From Octopus bimaculoides (Eukaryota): 64,000 nt of DNA. Location: NCBI RefSeq assembly GCF_001194135.2, contig NC_068992.1:10604931-10668930 (forward strand), read 5' to 3'. A program made the translations under genes and the position numbers. The notes below the pieces were generated by a model. That model had not been told where the DNA came from and ran no database searches. It worked only from the letters and a program-made list of their open reading frames with translations. Within the stretch, counting starts at the first letter, position 1, and every line of letters starts with the position of its first letter. Below, piece by piece: positions 50,685-63,975 of the stretch.

Positions 50685-50749
50685 CTGTACCCTATCAGAA
50701 AGCAGAGGGCCTGTCTGTATGTGCCCTCTGCTTTCTGGTCAGATGACAG
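50685..50749 (-). ncRNA. Pre-miRNA-like hairpin candidate
   Basis: Perfect 15-bp stem 50696-50710/50723-50737 with a 12-nt loop; on the minus strand G-U pairs extend the stem to about 27 bp. Confidence 0.25.
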
Positions 50750-51944
50750 GAACTGAACAGTGTTTCATTGAGGTCTCTAATCAGATCATGATTGCTAGGG
50801 AGACAGTGGTGGTGGTGGTGGTTTGGGGGTTGCTTCCCTTTCATAACTACATTACATGACCCTTTCATCACAACATTCATTATTAAATCTGGTGTTTGAG
50901 GTGGTGAACTGGCAGAATCATTAGCACACAGGGTAAAATACTGAGCAGCATTTCTCCCACTCAATTTTAATCTGCTAAATTATCCAAATTCCCTGTCAAG
51001 GCATTGATTGGCCCAGGGCCACAATAGAAAACATTTGCCCAAAGTACGGCACCATGGGATTGAACCTAAAGCATGTGGTTGTGTAGCAAATTCCTTAATC
51101 ACACAGCTATGCATCTTTGACACAGTTTTATCTCATCATCTCTTTTCTCACATTGGACAATGTGTTATCTTCATTGGTTTTATGGTTATTTTTCATTCTA
51201 GTTAGATTGAAAACTATCTGATCATTGATTTTTGCATTTGTTTTCCATACTGACATGAGTCAGACAATTTCATAGTTTCATGTTTCTCAACTCGTCTTTG
51301 TCTTCCATTGATTCTTTTGTGTGTGTGTATGTGCATCTGTTTATGCGTGTGTGTGTGTTTCCATGTGTGTTTCCATATGTAGATTGGCAAATACAAGTAA
51401 TAACTATAATTAGCAACACCTTCTTCATTATCTCGGTCCACTGTCCTCTCTTCATCACCTTTGTCATTATCCACTTCATCTTCACCTGTATTGTCTTCTT
51501 CATTATCACTTCCACTATCCTCATTAACGAGACTGTCAACATTTTTATCTTCTCCATCATCACCGTCGTCATCATCATCATCATCATCATCGTCGTCATC
51601 GTCATCATCATCATCGTCCTCATTAATTTCACAGCCAGGTTTTGTTGTTTCCACATGTTCAGCAGATTTGCAATACAGGGAAAATCTACACATCATGACC
51701 CATGCCTCTCCTAATATTCACACCGTTAGCATGTCCTCTGCTGTTAAACTCTGTTCTTGCATTTGGTATTAATTGTGGTTACACTGTTATTACATGGGAA
51801 CTCTTTAGAGGGTGTCCACACATCTCAGGTTTTCTGCTAATTGTCCCACTTTTCAAACCATAGTCTCAGTGTTGAAGATGACAATTTATTGTTTTTTTTT
51901 AATTTTATTTTAATTTCAAAATTAGGTCATTGTAAATGTGTTCC

Positions 51945-52415
51945 AGCTTGTTTCTATGTATGTACTTTTAAATATTTCTTTGTTGGATCTCAGGTGGGTC
52001 ATTATGTCAATAATGAACACACACACTGGTTCCGTTTCATTTCTTTTATTATTATTAGCCTATTAGTTAATCATCGAACCAATTAACTAATTGATTGCTT
52101 GATTAATCATTCAGTCAATCAATTTATTAGCTAGATCCTTTCATTGCCATTTGCAACATCATCAATGACATTCTCTCTCTACCCCAGGTCTACTCAGGCT
52201 TGTTTGCCTCTCTCCCGGCTTAAAGGTTCATTTAATCAAACAAACCAATTAATTGATTGAATGTTAACCAATTGACAAATAAAGATAAAAGAGGTGAAAT
52301 ATAACCAGTGCATGTGTTTATTATCATTATCAAAATAATCTCCCAATAAACAACAAAATATGTTTCAACACACAAGTTCACAGGAAGAATATTGCTAGCA
52401 AGTACAGAAACAAAA
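51945..52415. repeat. Degenerate AT-rich palindrome with a ~120-nt loop
   Basis: 52011-52020/52314-52323 (9/10), 52024-52031/52303-52310 (8/8), 52035-52049/52285-52299 (13/15), 52080-52106/52232-52259; anchors are collinear. Confidence 0.7.
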
Positions 52416-52669
52416 TATTTTTGAAATTTAGCTTTCACAAAGTACAGCTTCATTTTAAAATACATTTATACAATTTTCTCTAAAATATACACCTACAACT
52501 CGTGTATAATGACAGTGATTAGCCACAGAGTTTTTTTTTTATACATTTTAATACATTACGATTTTAGTAATTTTTGATTTTTGTAAATTTTTCCAATAAA
52601 TGATTTAAGAAAATATATTGTTAATTTTTATTTTCATACATAGAAGGTATGTGTTTGCACATGTTGGCA

Positions 52670-52703
<34 letters not shown>

Positions 52704-53889
52704 CATGTATGTTTGTGTATGTTCATGAGTGTGTGTGTATTTAGGCATGTGTCTTTATGAGTGTGCTTGCGTGTGTGTTCATGAGTATGCATATATTTAT
52801 GTGTGTACACATGTAGGTGTTCATGCATGTGTTTGTGTGTGTTTGCTTGCTTGTGTGTGTGTGTATGTTTGTGTGTTTGTGTATGTGATTGTGTGTGTGT
52901 GTTTGTGTGAGTGAGAAAGAGAGAGAGAGAGAGAGAACGTGTGTAAATCTGTGCACAGGGTGTAAAATGGGCTCCTTTCTCATCCCAGTTTCATATTAAA
53001 ACAATATAGTTACCTTATCGCTTTATTGTTTTACTACCCTTACCAACAACAGATAAGTTCTATCATGGATGCACATGCATAAATGCCTGCTTACATGTGC
53101 ATATGTGTGCTCATATATACTCCTATATACAAATATTCATTCACACACAAAACGCAAAAATGGTTAATCTGCATTTCTATCAAAATCTAATTTATAAAAT
53201 GCTCATTTTATCTTATAATCGAATTCTTAAAACTGCTTATATAATTTTTGCAGTTTTTGCAATAATAATTTTGCTTAAGACAAGACTGTCGACTTTATTT
53301 TCCTTACAAACTATACATCAAAGCAGCTTTGATTTCTCTTCTCAGTCAAGCATGGAAATACATGTGCTTTTCAGCAGCGTTTCTTTAATTTAAATTACAT
53401 TTTGGAAGGTTTAATCTATTTGAAAATAACCTGACAAATTCTTGATATAAAAAGTATATTTCATCGCCAGTTTTCTTTTCTTTTTTTATTTTATTTTTAT
53501 TTCCCTTCACCACTCATCAATTTCTATGATATTGAAGGCCTCTACATTGCCTTTTTCATTAATGGGAGCTTTCAGAGCCTTACTTTCCAGTTGAAAGTCT
53601 TATGTTAAAAGGAATGTTTGCAAAAGCCGAATATGCATTTCGTTATCGTCGTTGTCATCATCATTGTCACAGTCACCACCATCAAAATCATCATCAACAT
53701 CACCACAACGCATTATCAACATCGTCATCATCATCAGTATCACTATCGTCATCGTACCATCCTCATCATCATCATTGTCATCATTGTCATTGACGCTGTC
53801 ATCATTATTGTTGTTCTCCTCTGCTTTTCCTCTTCCTCCTCTGCTTTCTCCTCCTCCGCTTTCACCTTCTCTTCTTTTTTCTCCTCCTC

Positions 53890-55240
53890 CAAAAGGGGAT
53901 TTTATGTGCCACTGGCATGGGTGCCATTTACATGAGGCCAGCATCAGTCATCACTACGATTTCAGTTGGCTTAATAGGTCTTCTCAAGTACAACATATCA
54001 CCAAAGGTCTTGGTCACTAGACATTGCCTCTGTGAGGCCAAAAGTTCGAAGATCATGTTTCACTACCTTGTCCCATGTCTTCTTGGGTCTACCTCTACCA
54101 CAGATTCCCTCCACTATTAGAGATCAGCACTTCTTTACACAGCTGTCCTCATTCATACACATCACTTGACCATATCAGCACAGTTGTCTCTCTTTCACAC
54201 CACATCTGATACCTCATATGCCTAACTTTTCTCTCAAGATGCTTACACTCTGTTGAACATACACACTGACATTGCACATCCAGCGAAGCATACTGGCTTC
54301 ATTTCTTTCAAGTCTACGCATGTCTGCAGCTGTCACAGCTCATGTTTCACTGCCATGTAGCATTGCTGTTCACACACAGGCATCATACAATCTGCTTTTC
54401 ACTCTGAGAGAGAAGCCCTTTGTTGCCAGCAGAGGTAGGCGCTCTCTGAACTTTGCCCATGCTAATCTTACTCGCACTGCAATGCTCTTGGAGCATCTAC
54501 CTCCACTACGAGCTTAGTCATTTATATAATGGAAGCTATCTACTACCTCTAGCTTACCAACCTGGCATCTGATGGAGACTATTTTCTGTACATGTTCTGT
54601 GTTTAATGTACCTGTACATCTTCCACATTCAAAAGATATTCTCCTGGCTAACCTTCATCTGATATTGCTGCACCTCTAATATATCCGAAGCTTACTCCAT
54701 GTGCATCTTATGGAGTTTCTACCTACGTCCTTTCTCCAGATCCAGCAGGATCTGAAGGGACTTGTGATTTATCTGCCTTCCTACTTACTAAGACTTTAGT
54801 TTCTGCTGGGTTAACTCTAAGGCCCTTTGATTCTAGACTTTGCTTCCATACCTGGAATTTCTTCTCTAGTTCAGGTAGTGATTCAGCTATAAGATCAAGG
54901 TCATCAGCATAGGGGATCTCCCAGGTGCAGCCTTATATTCCTCTGTTATTTCTTGGAGGATTATGATGAACAAGAGGGGGCTGAGGATCAATCCTTGGTG
55001 AACCTATACTTGAACCCTGAATTCATCGCTGTACTCATTGCTAACCCTCACCTTACAGGTAGCATCCCTGTATATGGCTTGTACAGCTCTCACCAACCTC
55101 TTGCTTATCTCTAGGTTTCGTATTGACCACCAGATAAGGCTTTGGAGAATCTTGTCAAAAGCTTTCTCCAAGTTAACAAAAGCCAAGTACAGAGATTTAT
55201 CTTTGGCTATGCATTTCTCCCGCAGTTGCCTTCTCCCAGG
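53890..55240 (-). mobile_element. RTE-clade LINE remnant: reverse transcriptase, C-terminus and part of the 3' UTR
   Basis: LYLAFVNLEKAFD (ORF 55004-55285), VHQG..LSPLLFII, YADD at 54900-54911, LHGSET*A, GRGRPKKTW; stops and frameshifts present. Confidence 0.92.
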
Positions 55241-56136
55241 TGCAGGAGTGCTTTTTATGTAGCACCAGCACCCATGATTGTGCAAGATTAGGAATGCTCA
55301 GCTGAAGAGGAATGCAGCAAGAATGACCACGTGCACAGATATGTCTATGTATATCTATATAATATATGAAGGCCTTCCATACGGTTTCCATGTACCAGAC
55401 TTATTCACAGGTCAGCTCAGCGATATAAGAGAAGACCCTTGGTCAGGGTGTGGCACAATGGAACAGAACCTGAAAACACATGGTTACGAAGTAGTCTTCT
55501 TCATCACACAACCACACCTGTGCCTTAGAGCCTGTGTAAGTGTAACAAAAAAGAAGAAAAAGAAAAAGCAAACATACATTACATTAAATTATCCAGGTTG
55601 TAGAATTTAGTTTCAATAAAAGATAGATTATTATATTTTTTTCTTCCTCCTATAACAACAGATATGTTTTTCTTTCATCCTGTAAATATTTTTGATTTTT
55701 AACTTCTTTGTTTGGTTTCAAAATTCTCTTTTGTCTAAATTTTATTCTACTTTTCCTAAATATAGTTGTTTCTTCCATCTATTTATAATCTTTACTCGAG
55801 GGTAAAAAAATGTAAAATATACATTCTCTATGTTATTGTTTATCAATCTAATCTTTCCACTTTAAACTATATGGCACTGTATTATTGCTTTGTCTATCTG
55901 AAGTGTTTATAACTACAAACCAAGTTTGATCTTTCAATTGCTTTTTTTTTTATTCCTGGTCGCCCAGATATTTAATTGCTTGCTCACATAGCAATATACT
56001 TGAATAGCAACAACAAGCTTACTGGCTTAAACAACTGCACATGTAATGATACATAATCACTTACTCACACACTCACTCACTCACTCACCTCCTGTCATGC
56101 AAGTCTGCTTACTTGCTTACTTACATGCTCTATCTA

Positions 56137-56221
<85 letters not shown>

Positions 56222-57000
56222 GAGAACTGGCAATAGGAAGGACAATCAGCTGAAAAATCTGCCTCAGTAAATTCCATCTGACCCATGCAAGTAAGGAAAA
56301 GTAGGTGTTAAAATGGTCATGATGAAGATAATGATGATGATGGCAACTGGGATGATGATGATGGCAACTGGGATGATGATGATGATGATGATGATGATAG
56401 TGGTGATAGTGGTGGTGGTGATGGTGATGATGATGATGATGACGATAACGATGATGATAATGATAATTATGATGATGAAACTTTACTCAACGTTGTCTCA
56501 GTTCATCTTTTGGGAATGGCTATCAGATCATCTGGAAAGAAAGATAATAGGTTTGATCAGCCATTGACACATACTTGTAATAATGAAAGCAACTCTGGTG
56601 TCTGTCTCAGTATTTGTGTGTAATGAAGTGTAGCAATTAAACTCTTAATCCCTTCATTACAAAATAGCATCTACAACTTTAAGAACGAATTGCTGTCATC
56701 ATCATCACCATCATCATTACATCCAACTTTTCCAAGCTTGGATGGGTCGAACTGAATTTGTTGAAGCACATTTTCTATGGCTGGGTGCTCTTCCTGTTGC
56801 AAATCCTCACCTGTTTCCAAGTAAGGTAATATTCCCCCTACCACCAGACATGTTTTATAGAAGATTTAGAAAGAAGTACACTGTATGCATGATGGTGACA
56901 CTTGTTTACAACTATTATGTGATGCCAAGGCAAGATTGCAGCAGCTTGCACACATACATTTATATATATATATGTTTATATATATAAAGTGAAGTATATT

Positions 57001-57235
57001 TGCCACTTAAATGTGGCTGACCCCGAGGGGTGGATGTTACTGTTGCTTTTAGCCCCAGGAGGACATCTCCTCCAGCTGGCTATCGACACACATCTGTGCC
57101 CTGTCTGTATTTGCCAAGGGAAGTTATCTTTCCCATCTTGATCTACGATACGTACGTACCCGAGTTTCAGGGTTATTTCCTTTCTTCAGCGTACGACAAT
57201 CGCCGACCTTCAATGCAAAAGACATCCCTTGACAA
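57001..57235. repeat. GC/CpG-rich unclassified interspersed repeat fragment
   Basis: Abrupt composition change between TA-rich tracts; no open frame with recognisable motifs. Confidence 0.45.
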
Positions 57236-57371
57236 AAAAAAAATCCATCCAGAAATACAACAATATATTTATATGTATGTGTATATATGTTTATGTATAT
57301 GTATAAATTTATGTTTATATATTTGTGTGTATATACACATATGCATGTATATTATATTTTTTTCATATATA

Positions 57372-57530
57372 CAAGGTGTTGAAGCTGAAGGTGGCTTTAT
57401 GTATAACATTAGAGAAAAGAAGGTTTATTTTTATCCTCTATAGCATTTTTTGATGCATAAAATTATATGTTATTATATACCTATTTTTTTTATAAACGTA
57501 AATCTGTCCTCAAATATCATATGGACTCTA
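57372..57530 (+). mobile_element. Short derivative of the maT/DD37D element at 7799-8424
   Basis: Shares GAAGGTGG..AAGAAGGTTTATTTTTATCCTC..AAATCTGTCCTCAAATATC with 8270-8420; starts TA-CAAGGTGT. Confidence 0.7.
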
Positions 57531-57559
57531 TACACACACACACACACACACACGCACAC

Positions 57560-57598
<39 letters not shown>

Positions 57599-57602
<4 letters not shown>

Positions 57603-57819
57603 AGGAGGTGCTGGAAAGTTCCTGGCTTTGGGTAAAAGAAAATACAGGAGGATAAGTTAATCATGATTTTGTTCAACATATTCCCCTCTTTGATTCACAC
57701 ACTTATTGCAGTGGTCCTCCAGTGTTTCTAAGCCTAGTAAAAGAGTGTGGACATTTGCGCCTCCAACTAGGCCTTTTGCTATACCCTTAAAGCCAGGAAC
57801 TTTTCAATGCCCTCTTGTA
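57599..57819. mobile_element. 217-bp mariner-type MITE in (TA)n
   Basis: TIRs CAAGGAGGTGCTGGAAAGTTCCTGGCTTT (57601-) and AAAGCCAGGAACTTTTCAATGCCCTCTTG (-57817), TA on both sides. Confidence 0.85.
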
Positions 57820-58043
57820 TATATATATATACATACATATATATATATACATGTATATATATATATATATACACACTTATGTGATGGGATTCTTTCATTT
57901 CCTGTCTCCCAAAAGCACTGACAAGGCTTTGGTTGGCCCAAGGTAATAATAGAAGACACTTGCTCAAGGCACCACTGCATGGCACCTTGAACAAGTGTCT
58001 TTTACTTTGAGCATGGTTCCCAGAACCCTGTTGTTGGGAAGCA

Positions 58044-58287
58044 TGCCTCTTATTTTTTTATTGCCCACAAGGGGCTAAACATAGAGGGGACAAACAAGGA
58101 CAGACAAAGGGATTAAGTTGATTACATCGACCCCAGTGCATAACTGGTACTTAATTTATCGACCCCGAAAGGATGAAAGGCAAAGGCGACCTCGGCGTAA
58201 CTTGAACTCAGAACGTAACGGCAGACAAAATACCAGTAATGATTTCGCTCGGCGTGCTAACGTTTCTGCCAGCTCGCTGCCTCTTAT
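58044..58287 (-). mobile_element. Full-length SINE family B nested in the head of a family A SINE (57885-58300)
   Basis: TGCCTCTTAT repeated at 58044-58053 and 58278-58287 (TSD-like); the host SINE head resumes afterwards. Confidence 0.88.
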
Positions 58288-59221
58288 CACACAACCACCC
58301 CTGCTAAAGCATACCTCTTACCACACAACCACCCCTGCTAAAACTTCCCTAATTTGTAATTCATACACTTCTTAGGTCATTGACTACTGAGACTCAATAA
58401 GCCAAAACTTAGCTAGACTTTATATTATAACTTAAACCATTATTTGAAAAAGGTCATATATACACTTTAATCTCAACAATCTGATTGCAGGAAGCTGTGT
58501 TTTTCCATTTGCAGTGCCAGTTGGCTGCGAAATAATAAATTGTATAATTGTTTGGTTTTTTTTTCATTTAATTTTATTTTTTTGTTCTTGTTATAGGGAT
58601 GTTATTTTCAGAATCATAAATAATATAACATTTTCTATTTTCATTGAATATTTATTTTGAAAGACTGAATTTGATAATATATATTCCGTCAGAATTTGAT
58701 TTACCTACCTATTTAAAGAGAATTGCTCTGTTTTGTTTGTTTGGCTTTTCACAAGTGTTCTTTATAAGTGTGCATGTGTGTATATATGTGTATGTGTGAA
58801 TATGATTGTGTGTATGAACTTGCAGCAGTGGTACGATTCTGGTTCTTTAAATGAGTAAAGCAAGTTTGATTCCTGGTTTAGCTATTTTATTGTATTTGGT
58901 ACTTTTGATGACTTACTGAGAGGTAAGACAGCATGATGATTCCATGGATATAATATCGCATTATACGTCCTTCTCTCCCCACCTTTTCTCCCTTTTTGTT
59001 TATATAATACATACACATATATACATGTGTGTGTATGTAGTGACTATCTGACCGAGACATTTGTTCTTTCCATTTTTTACTCTCCTTGTCTATTCTTTCA
59101 AAGAAGAGCATTTATTTCAATCAGGAAAAAATCTTCTAATTCTCATTGAGCATAAACCTAATAAACCCTGATTGCTTTTTTTTCACCTCATCTTCATGGG
59201 GTTTTTTTTCAATTTTTTAAC

Positions 59222-59271
<50 letters not shown>

Positions 59272-62200
59272 TGGCATCATTAGAATTTAGAAACTTTGAG
59301 AGAATATGAAATAATTCTTTTGTGGAATGATAGATCTCATAGCAGATAATGTTATAAATAATAGCAAGCAAATATTGAATTAAAAAAAGGCCTTTGGATA
59401 GAAAAAAATCAAAGGCTGCCTATGGAAAGGAAACCCACATCTCCTATAAGTATGACAGGTGTTCTACAACTGGACCAAAACAAACCTGCGAATTTCTCTC
59501 TCTATTTCAGAAATTTTATTCTTATCAGCTAGAATTGTATGTTGTTGATATCTTGAGAATTTATTATCTTCATTCAATTAATTCATTCACCAACAGATGG
59601 CAACCATTGATCAACAGATGCACTGTTTTACCACACCTACATATATGAGCTCACTTGGTGTACACCCCCCCCCCTTTGTTCTTTCTTCTCATTCTTGCTG
59701 TAATCTACCCATTAAACCCTGCTGTGAACATTCAGCCTAAACTCTTGCTTCCCAGACTTGAAATCCTTTGAAATTATCTCTCATTCTCTGTCTTTCCTGC
59801 TGTAGTCGGTAACAAGCAGCATATGAAGAATATTAGTCTCATTAGTCTGCAATGGTTTGTAAAGACCAAAAGTACCACTTCTTCTAATTAATTAACTAAT
59901 ATAAATATGGCTCACAGAAGATTTAGCATCATTTTTATACATGCAGTGATGGCTTTAAAAAAAAACATAGTTATAATATTTGCAAAAATGTTCGTCCCTC
60001 ACATTGGTATGAGATAAAAATACAAGGTGGTATCATAGCCAGTAGATTTAATCCAATATCTGCCTGAGATGTGGTCAGTTAATTCAGGAAATAAAATATT
60101 GTGTTGCCTTCAACAGTATTTGAACTCACAATCTAAATGTAACTAAATGCATGCAATTACATCATTAAACAGCCACTAAAGGCATCTAAAAACACTCAAA
60201 ACTGTAAAATTCACATTTATTTATTTCTTGAAGAGTTAAAATTTTTATAGCACAACTGTGACCTGGTCACTGAAATAAGTTGCTGGTGAACAAAAATTCT
60301 GACACCTCATGAATTAAATTTAAAGTGAATTTAACAGATTTTCTCTGTTTTTAGATTGATATAATGGCTTTTCAATGATGTAATAGCTTTAGTTTCAATA
60401 CAGTGTTTTTGATCAAGTCTTTTACTTGAGAAACCCAGCTTTGAAACTCAAACACTGATTACAATTTATTCCAGATGTCTGCTTCTTTTACACTGCTTAA
60501 TCAAAAATTATAAATAAAAATATACCATATGAAGACTGTTACAAAGAAAAAGATAACCTTTCTAGTCATCAGATTTCTACAGAGTTGGTTTCAGATTGAA
60601 TTCTTTTCACTTCACACTTCTTATGTTCATAAGAATGGCATGAACATCATATCATCTCATTTGCTATCATTTACCAAAATACAAGTTATTTGAGTGTAAT
60701 TCTAAAGAAATCAATATATTTTTTCAACTTAAATGAGTGAAAAGTTTGAGATTTGTAATTGAAGCAGACAAATAACGTTAATATGAAAATAAGATATAGT
60801 AAATGAAATAATGCTAGGACAATTTGAAATTTATAAACTTTGTTGAAAATTCAGTTTGTAGAAGTACTTAGTATTGCACTGCAATGTCTGCTGATAATAC
60901 TAACAGAGAATGATTTTTGGTGAAGAGAGTGAGAGAGAAAGAAAGGAACAAAGACTGTTAAGTGACAGCAATGATCTCAACACAATTCTTTTAAAACAAA
61001 ATACTCTGTGGAGTGCAAGTGTATGAGAGGAAGTTCAAAGGCTGGTTTTCAGTATGTTACCAATTTTCTTATGAATTAGAGAATATGAACAAAAGAACAT
61101 TACTGGGAAGCAATCATAGAAACAATTAAGACATATTTTGCTCGATAAAGAAATTTCTCATACTCACAGTTACAGGTAAACATGATATGGAGCCTCTTTG
61201 CATTTGACACCATGGGCAACTTTCCAGGTAGCCTGATAGTTTCAACAGGTTTTCTCTTTGTAGTTCCGAGTGAAGTGTTCTTTCAAAAAACATATTGGTG
61301 TAATCAAATGAGCCAATCCCTGTATGTGTGTGTGTGAGTGTGTGAAATGTATATTTTATGGGAGTGATTGAAAGCAAAACCAAGCCCCAGTCGAAACTGA
61401 ATATAGCACATAGCCAAAACTAAATACAGTATGGCATTTTAGTCCAACACTTTATCATTTCTGCTACTCAACCAGATTTAATAAGGAGAATAAATGTGAT
61501 CGGTGTGGTGTTGTTATTCATTAATTAACCAGAACAATTAGAATATTTTGTCAGTCTAATTAAAAAAATGTTTTTAAAAATTCTGTCAAATAGTCTTTGA
61601 AAATACTTCAGATTTTAATTTTATCAAAGAATGGGAAGGAATCAAAGAAGTAGTAGAAGAAAAAATGGAAAAAGAGATTGTTTAAGTTTCAAACTTTTCA
61701 TTTAAGAACTGGCTTTTCTAGAGGGAATTTAGAAATGTTTTAAGAAATTCAATATGAAACTTTTCTTTCTCATCATATGATTTACTTGTTTTTTTTCTTA
61801 CTTTTTTGATTTAAGTGTATTTATTACTATTAGATTTACTTCTTTTGTTATCTCTTCCCTTATCTTTACTTGGCAAAAACATCAAGTGAATTAAGGAAAA
61901 AAAAATATTTTGAAAAACGATTTTCAAATAATAATTCTCTTTTCTTTAAACTTTAAAAAAAATCCTGATCTTTTGTAGGAAAGTAAATTAATTAAAATTT
62001 TCTTTTTAAGACTAAATCATATTGTGTATAGGCTAATAATTATTTAGAAAACTACATATATTTCAGTACAGAAATTGACAAACTTTCTGATAAAGAAGCT
62101 GTAAAATTTAGGTGCTTTTAAACCAATCTAATTTTAGGCTAGATTAGAAGGTATGATTAATTTCAAGTAGACTAATTAACACTAAACGTAAATAATCAAA

Positions 62201-62859
62201 GTACTTTGAATTATATATTCATAAATAATATTTTCATTTCTTAAATTGGAATAACTTACCTCTTGCATAACTCAAGATTTGTTTCTTACATAAACACAAA
62301 ACACAGAGGTGGATTTTCTACTGATTGAAAGTTCCCTGTCTGTTTCAAAATTTCTGTGTGTGTGTGTGTGTGATTTTTACAGGTGGATGCTATTTCTATT
62401 GCCAACCACTTCACAAAATGGACTGAAGCCATCTTTAGTGTCTTCATTACAAGAAACACTGCCTAATCAAAGACTACTCTCTTTTATTATCATCATTGCA
62501 TAACAACTGTTCTCAATGCTATCATGGACTATAGATGGTACAACAGAACAGGATGAGTTGGATAACCATTCATACTCCAATGTCTGTTTGGCATGATTAC
62601 TATGGCTGGATGCTGTTCCTAATGCCAACCACTTTACAGAGTGTACTAGGAGTTTTTGTTAGCGGCATCACTACCAGTAAGGCTTTTTTGTAATTTGTAG
62701 ACTAAAAGGCCTCAAAAGGGCCCCTATAATTGAAGAACAATAGGAGAAAGCATGCGTGATGATTTTAGGCAAGGTGATGAGAGAAACAGCTTTGGTTGTG
62801 GGAAGTAGTGAGATGAGTAAAAGAATAGTCACTTTTAGAGGAGGAAATATTCTTTTCTA

Positions 62860-63030
62860 CATTAGGCACAAAGCTCGAAATTTTTGGAGATGGGGGGAGG
62901 GGCAGTCAATTGGGTCAACCCCAGTATGCAACTAGTACTTAATTTATCGATCCTGAAAGGATGAAAGGCAAAGTCGACCTTGGTGGAATTTGAACTCAGA
63001 ACGTAAAGACAGATGAAATACTACTAAACA
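62860..63030 (-). mobile_element. SINE family B
   Basis: CCCCAGTATGCAACTAGTACTTAATTTATCG..GGAATTTGAACTCAGAACGTAA. Confidence 0.85.
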
Positions 63031-63486
63031 TTTATTTATATACATATGCAGATATTCATATATATGAAATTTTAAAAATATTTCAGTTTTTATAGATTAT
63101 ACTTTAGTGATTTCTGTATTTTTATATCTAGCTTTATAATTATTCTAACGTGTACAACTTTTAAAACACTAAAATGTCAAGTTTATACACTATAAACCAA
63201 ATGTAGGAACCTTATTAAAATGTAATGCATGAATGGAAAGCACATAAAATGACATTTAAAAAGAGAATATTTTTTTCTCATAATTTTTCAAGAAGCTACC
63301 ATTCGTTATTTTATGCTATTATAAACTTTTAGAAGAAGAAATAAAATCTGATGTTGGTCTCTCAGTTGAATTATATCTCCATGTCATTTATAAAAGTAAC
63401 TCCATAAGCCCATTACATAAGACACAGAATATAAGTTATCCTTGAAAATACATACATACATATACATATGCACACATACATGTATG

Positions 63487-63529
<43 letters not shown>

Positions 63530-63548
63530 GTTTGTGTGTGTATATATA

Positions 63549-63975
63549 CTCTCTTACTCTTTTACTTGTTTCAGTCATTTAACTGTGGCCATGCTGGAGC
63601 GCCGTCTTTAGTCGAGCAAATCAACTCCAGGACTTATTCTTTGTAAGCATAGTACTTATTCTATCAGTCTCTTTTACATGGACGTAAACACACCACCATC
63701 AGTTGTAAAGCGATGTTGGTGGNNNNNNNNNNTTTACATGGACGTAAACACACCACCATCAGTTGTAAAGCGATGTTGGTGGGGACAAACACAGATACAC
63801 AAACATATACACACACATACATATACATATACATAGATACGACGGGCTTCTTTCAGTTTCCATCTTTGGTCGGCCCGAGGCTATAGTAGAAGACACTTGC
63901 CCAAGGTGCCACGCAGTGGAAATGAACCCAGAACCATGTTGTTGGTAAGCAAGCTACTTACCACACAGCCACTCC
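63549..63975 (-). mobile_element. Near full-length SINE family A spanning a 10-N gap
   Basis: Tail, central microsatellite and tRNA head all present in reverse orientation. Confidence 0.9.

Noticed and set aside
51214-51696. Acidic 160-aa minus-strand ORF with poly-Asp
   Set aside because: A decayed (GAT)n tract that runs into (CA)n-derived sequence with no convincing acceptor; a coding role cannot be excluded but is unsupported.
61126-61383. Open frames on both strands with partial splice signals
   Set aside because: The two strands give mutually incompatible, equally weak models with no recognisable motif.
7057-63578. Dozens of ORFs rich in IY, CV, HT, YV or X residues
   Set aside because: They are translations of (TA)n, (TG)n, (CA)n and (TATG)n microsatellites or N gaps.
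63673-63782. 50-bp direct repeat either side of a 10-N gap
   Set aside because: Typical unmerged contig overlap; the SINE consensus has this segment once.
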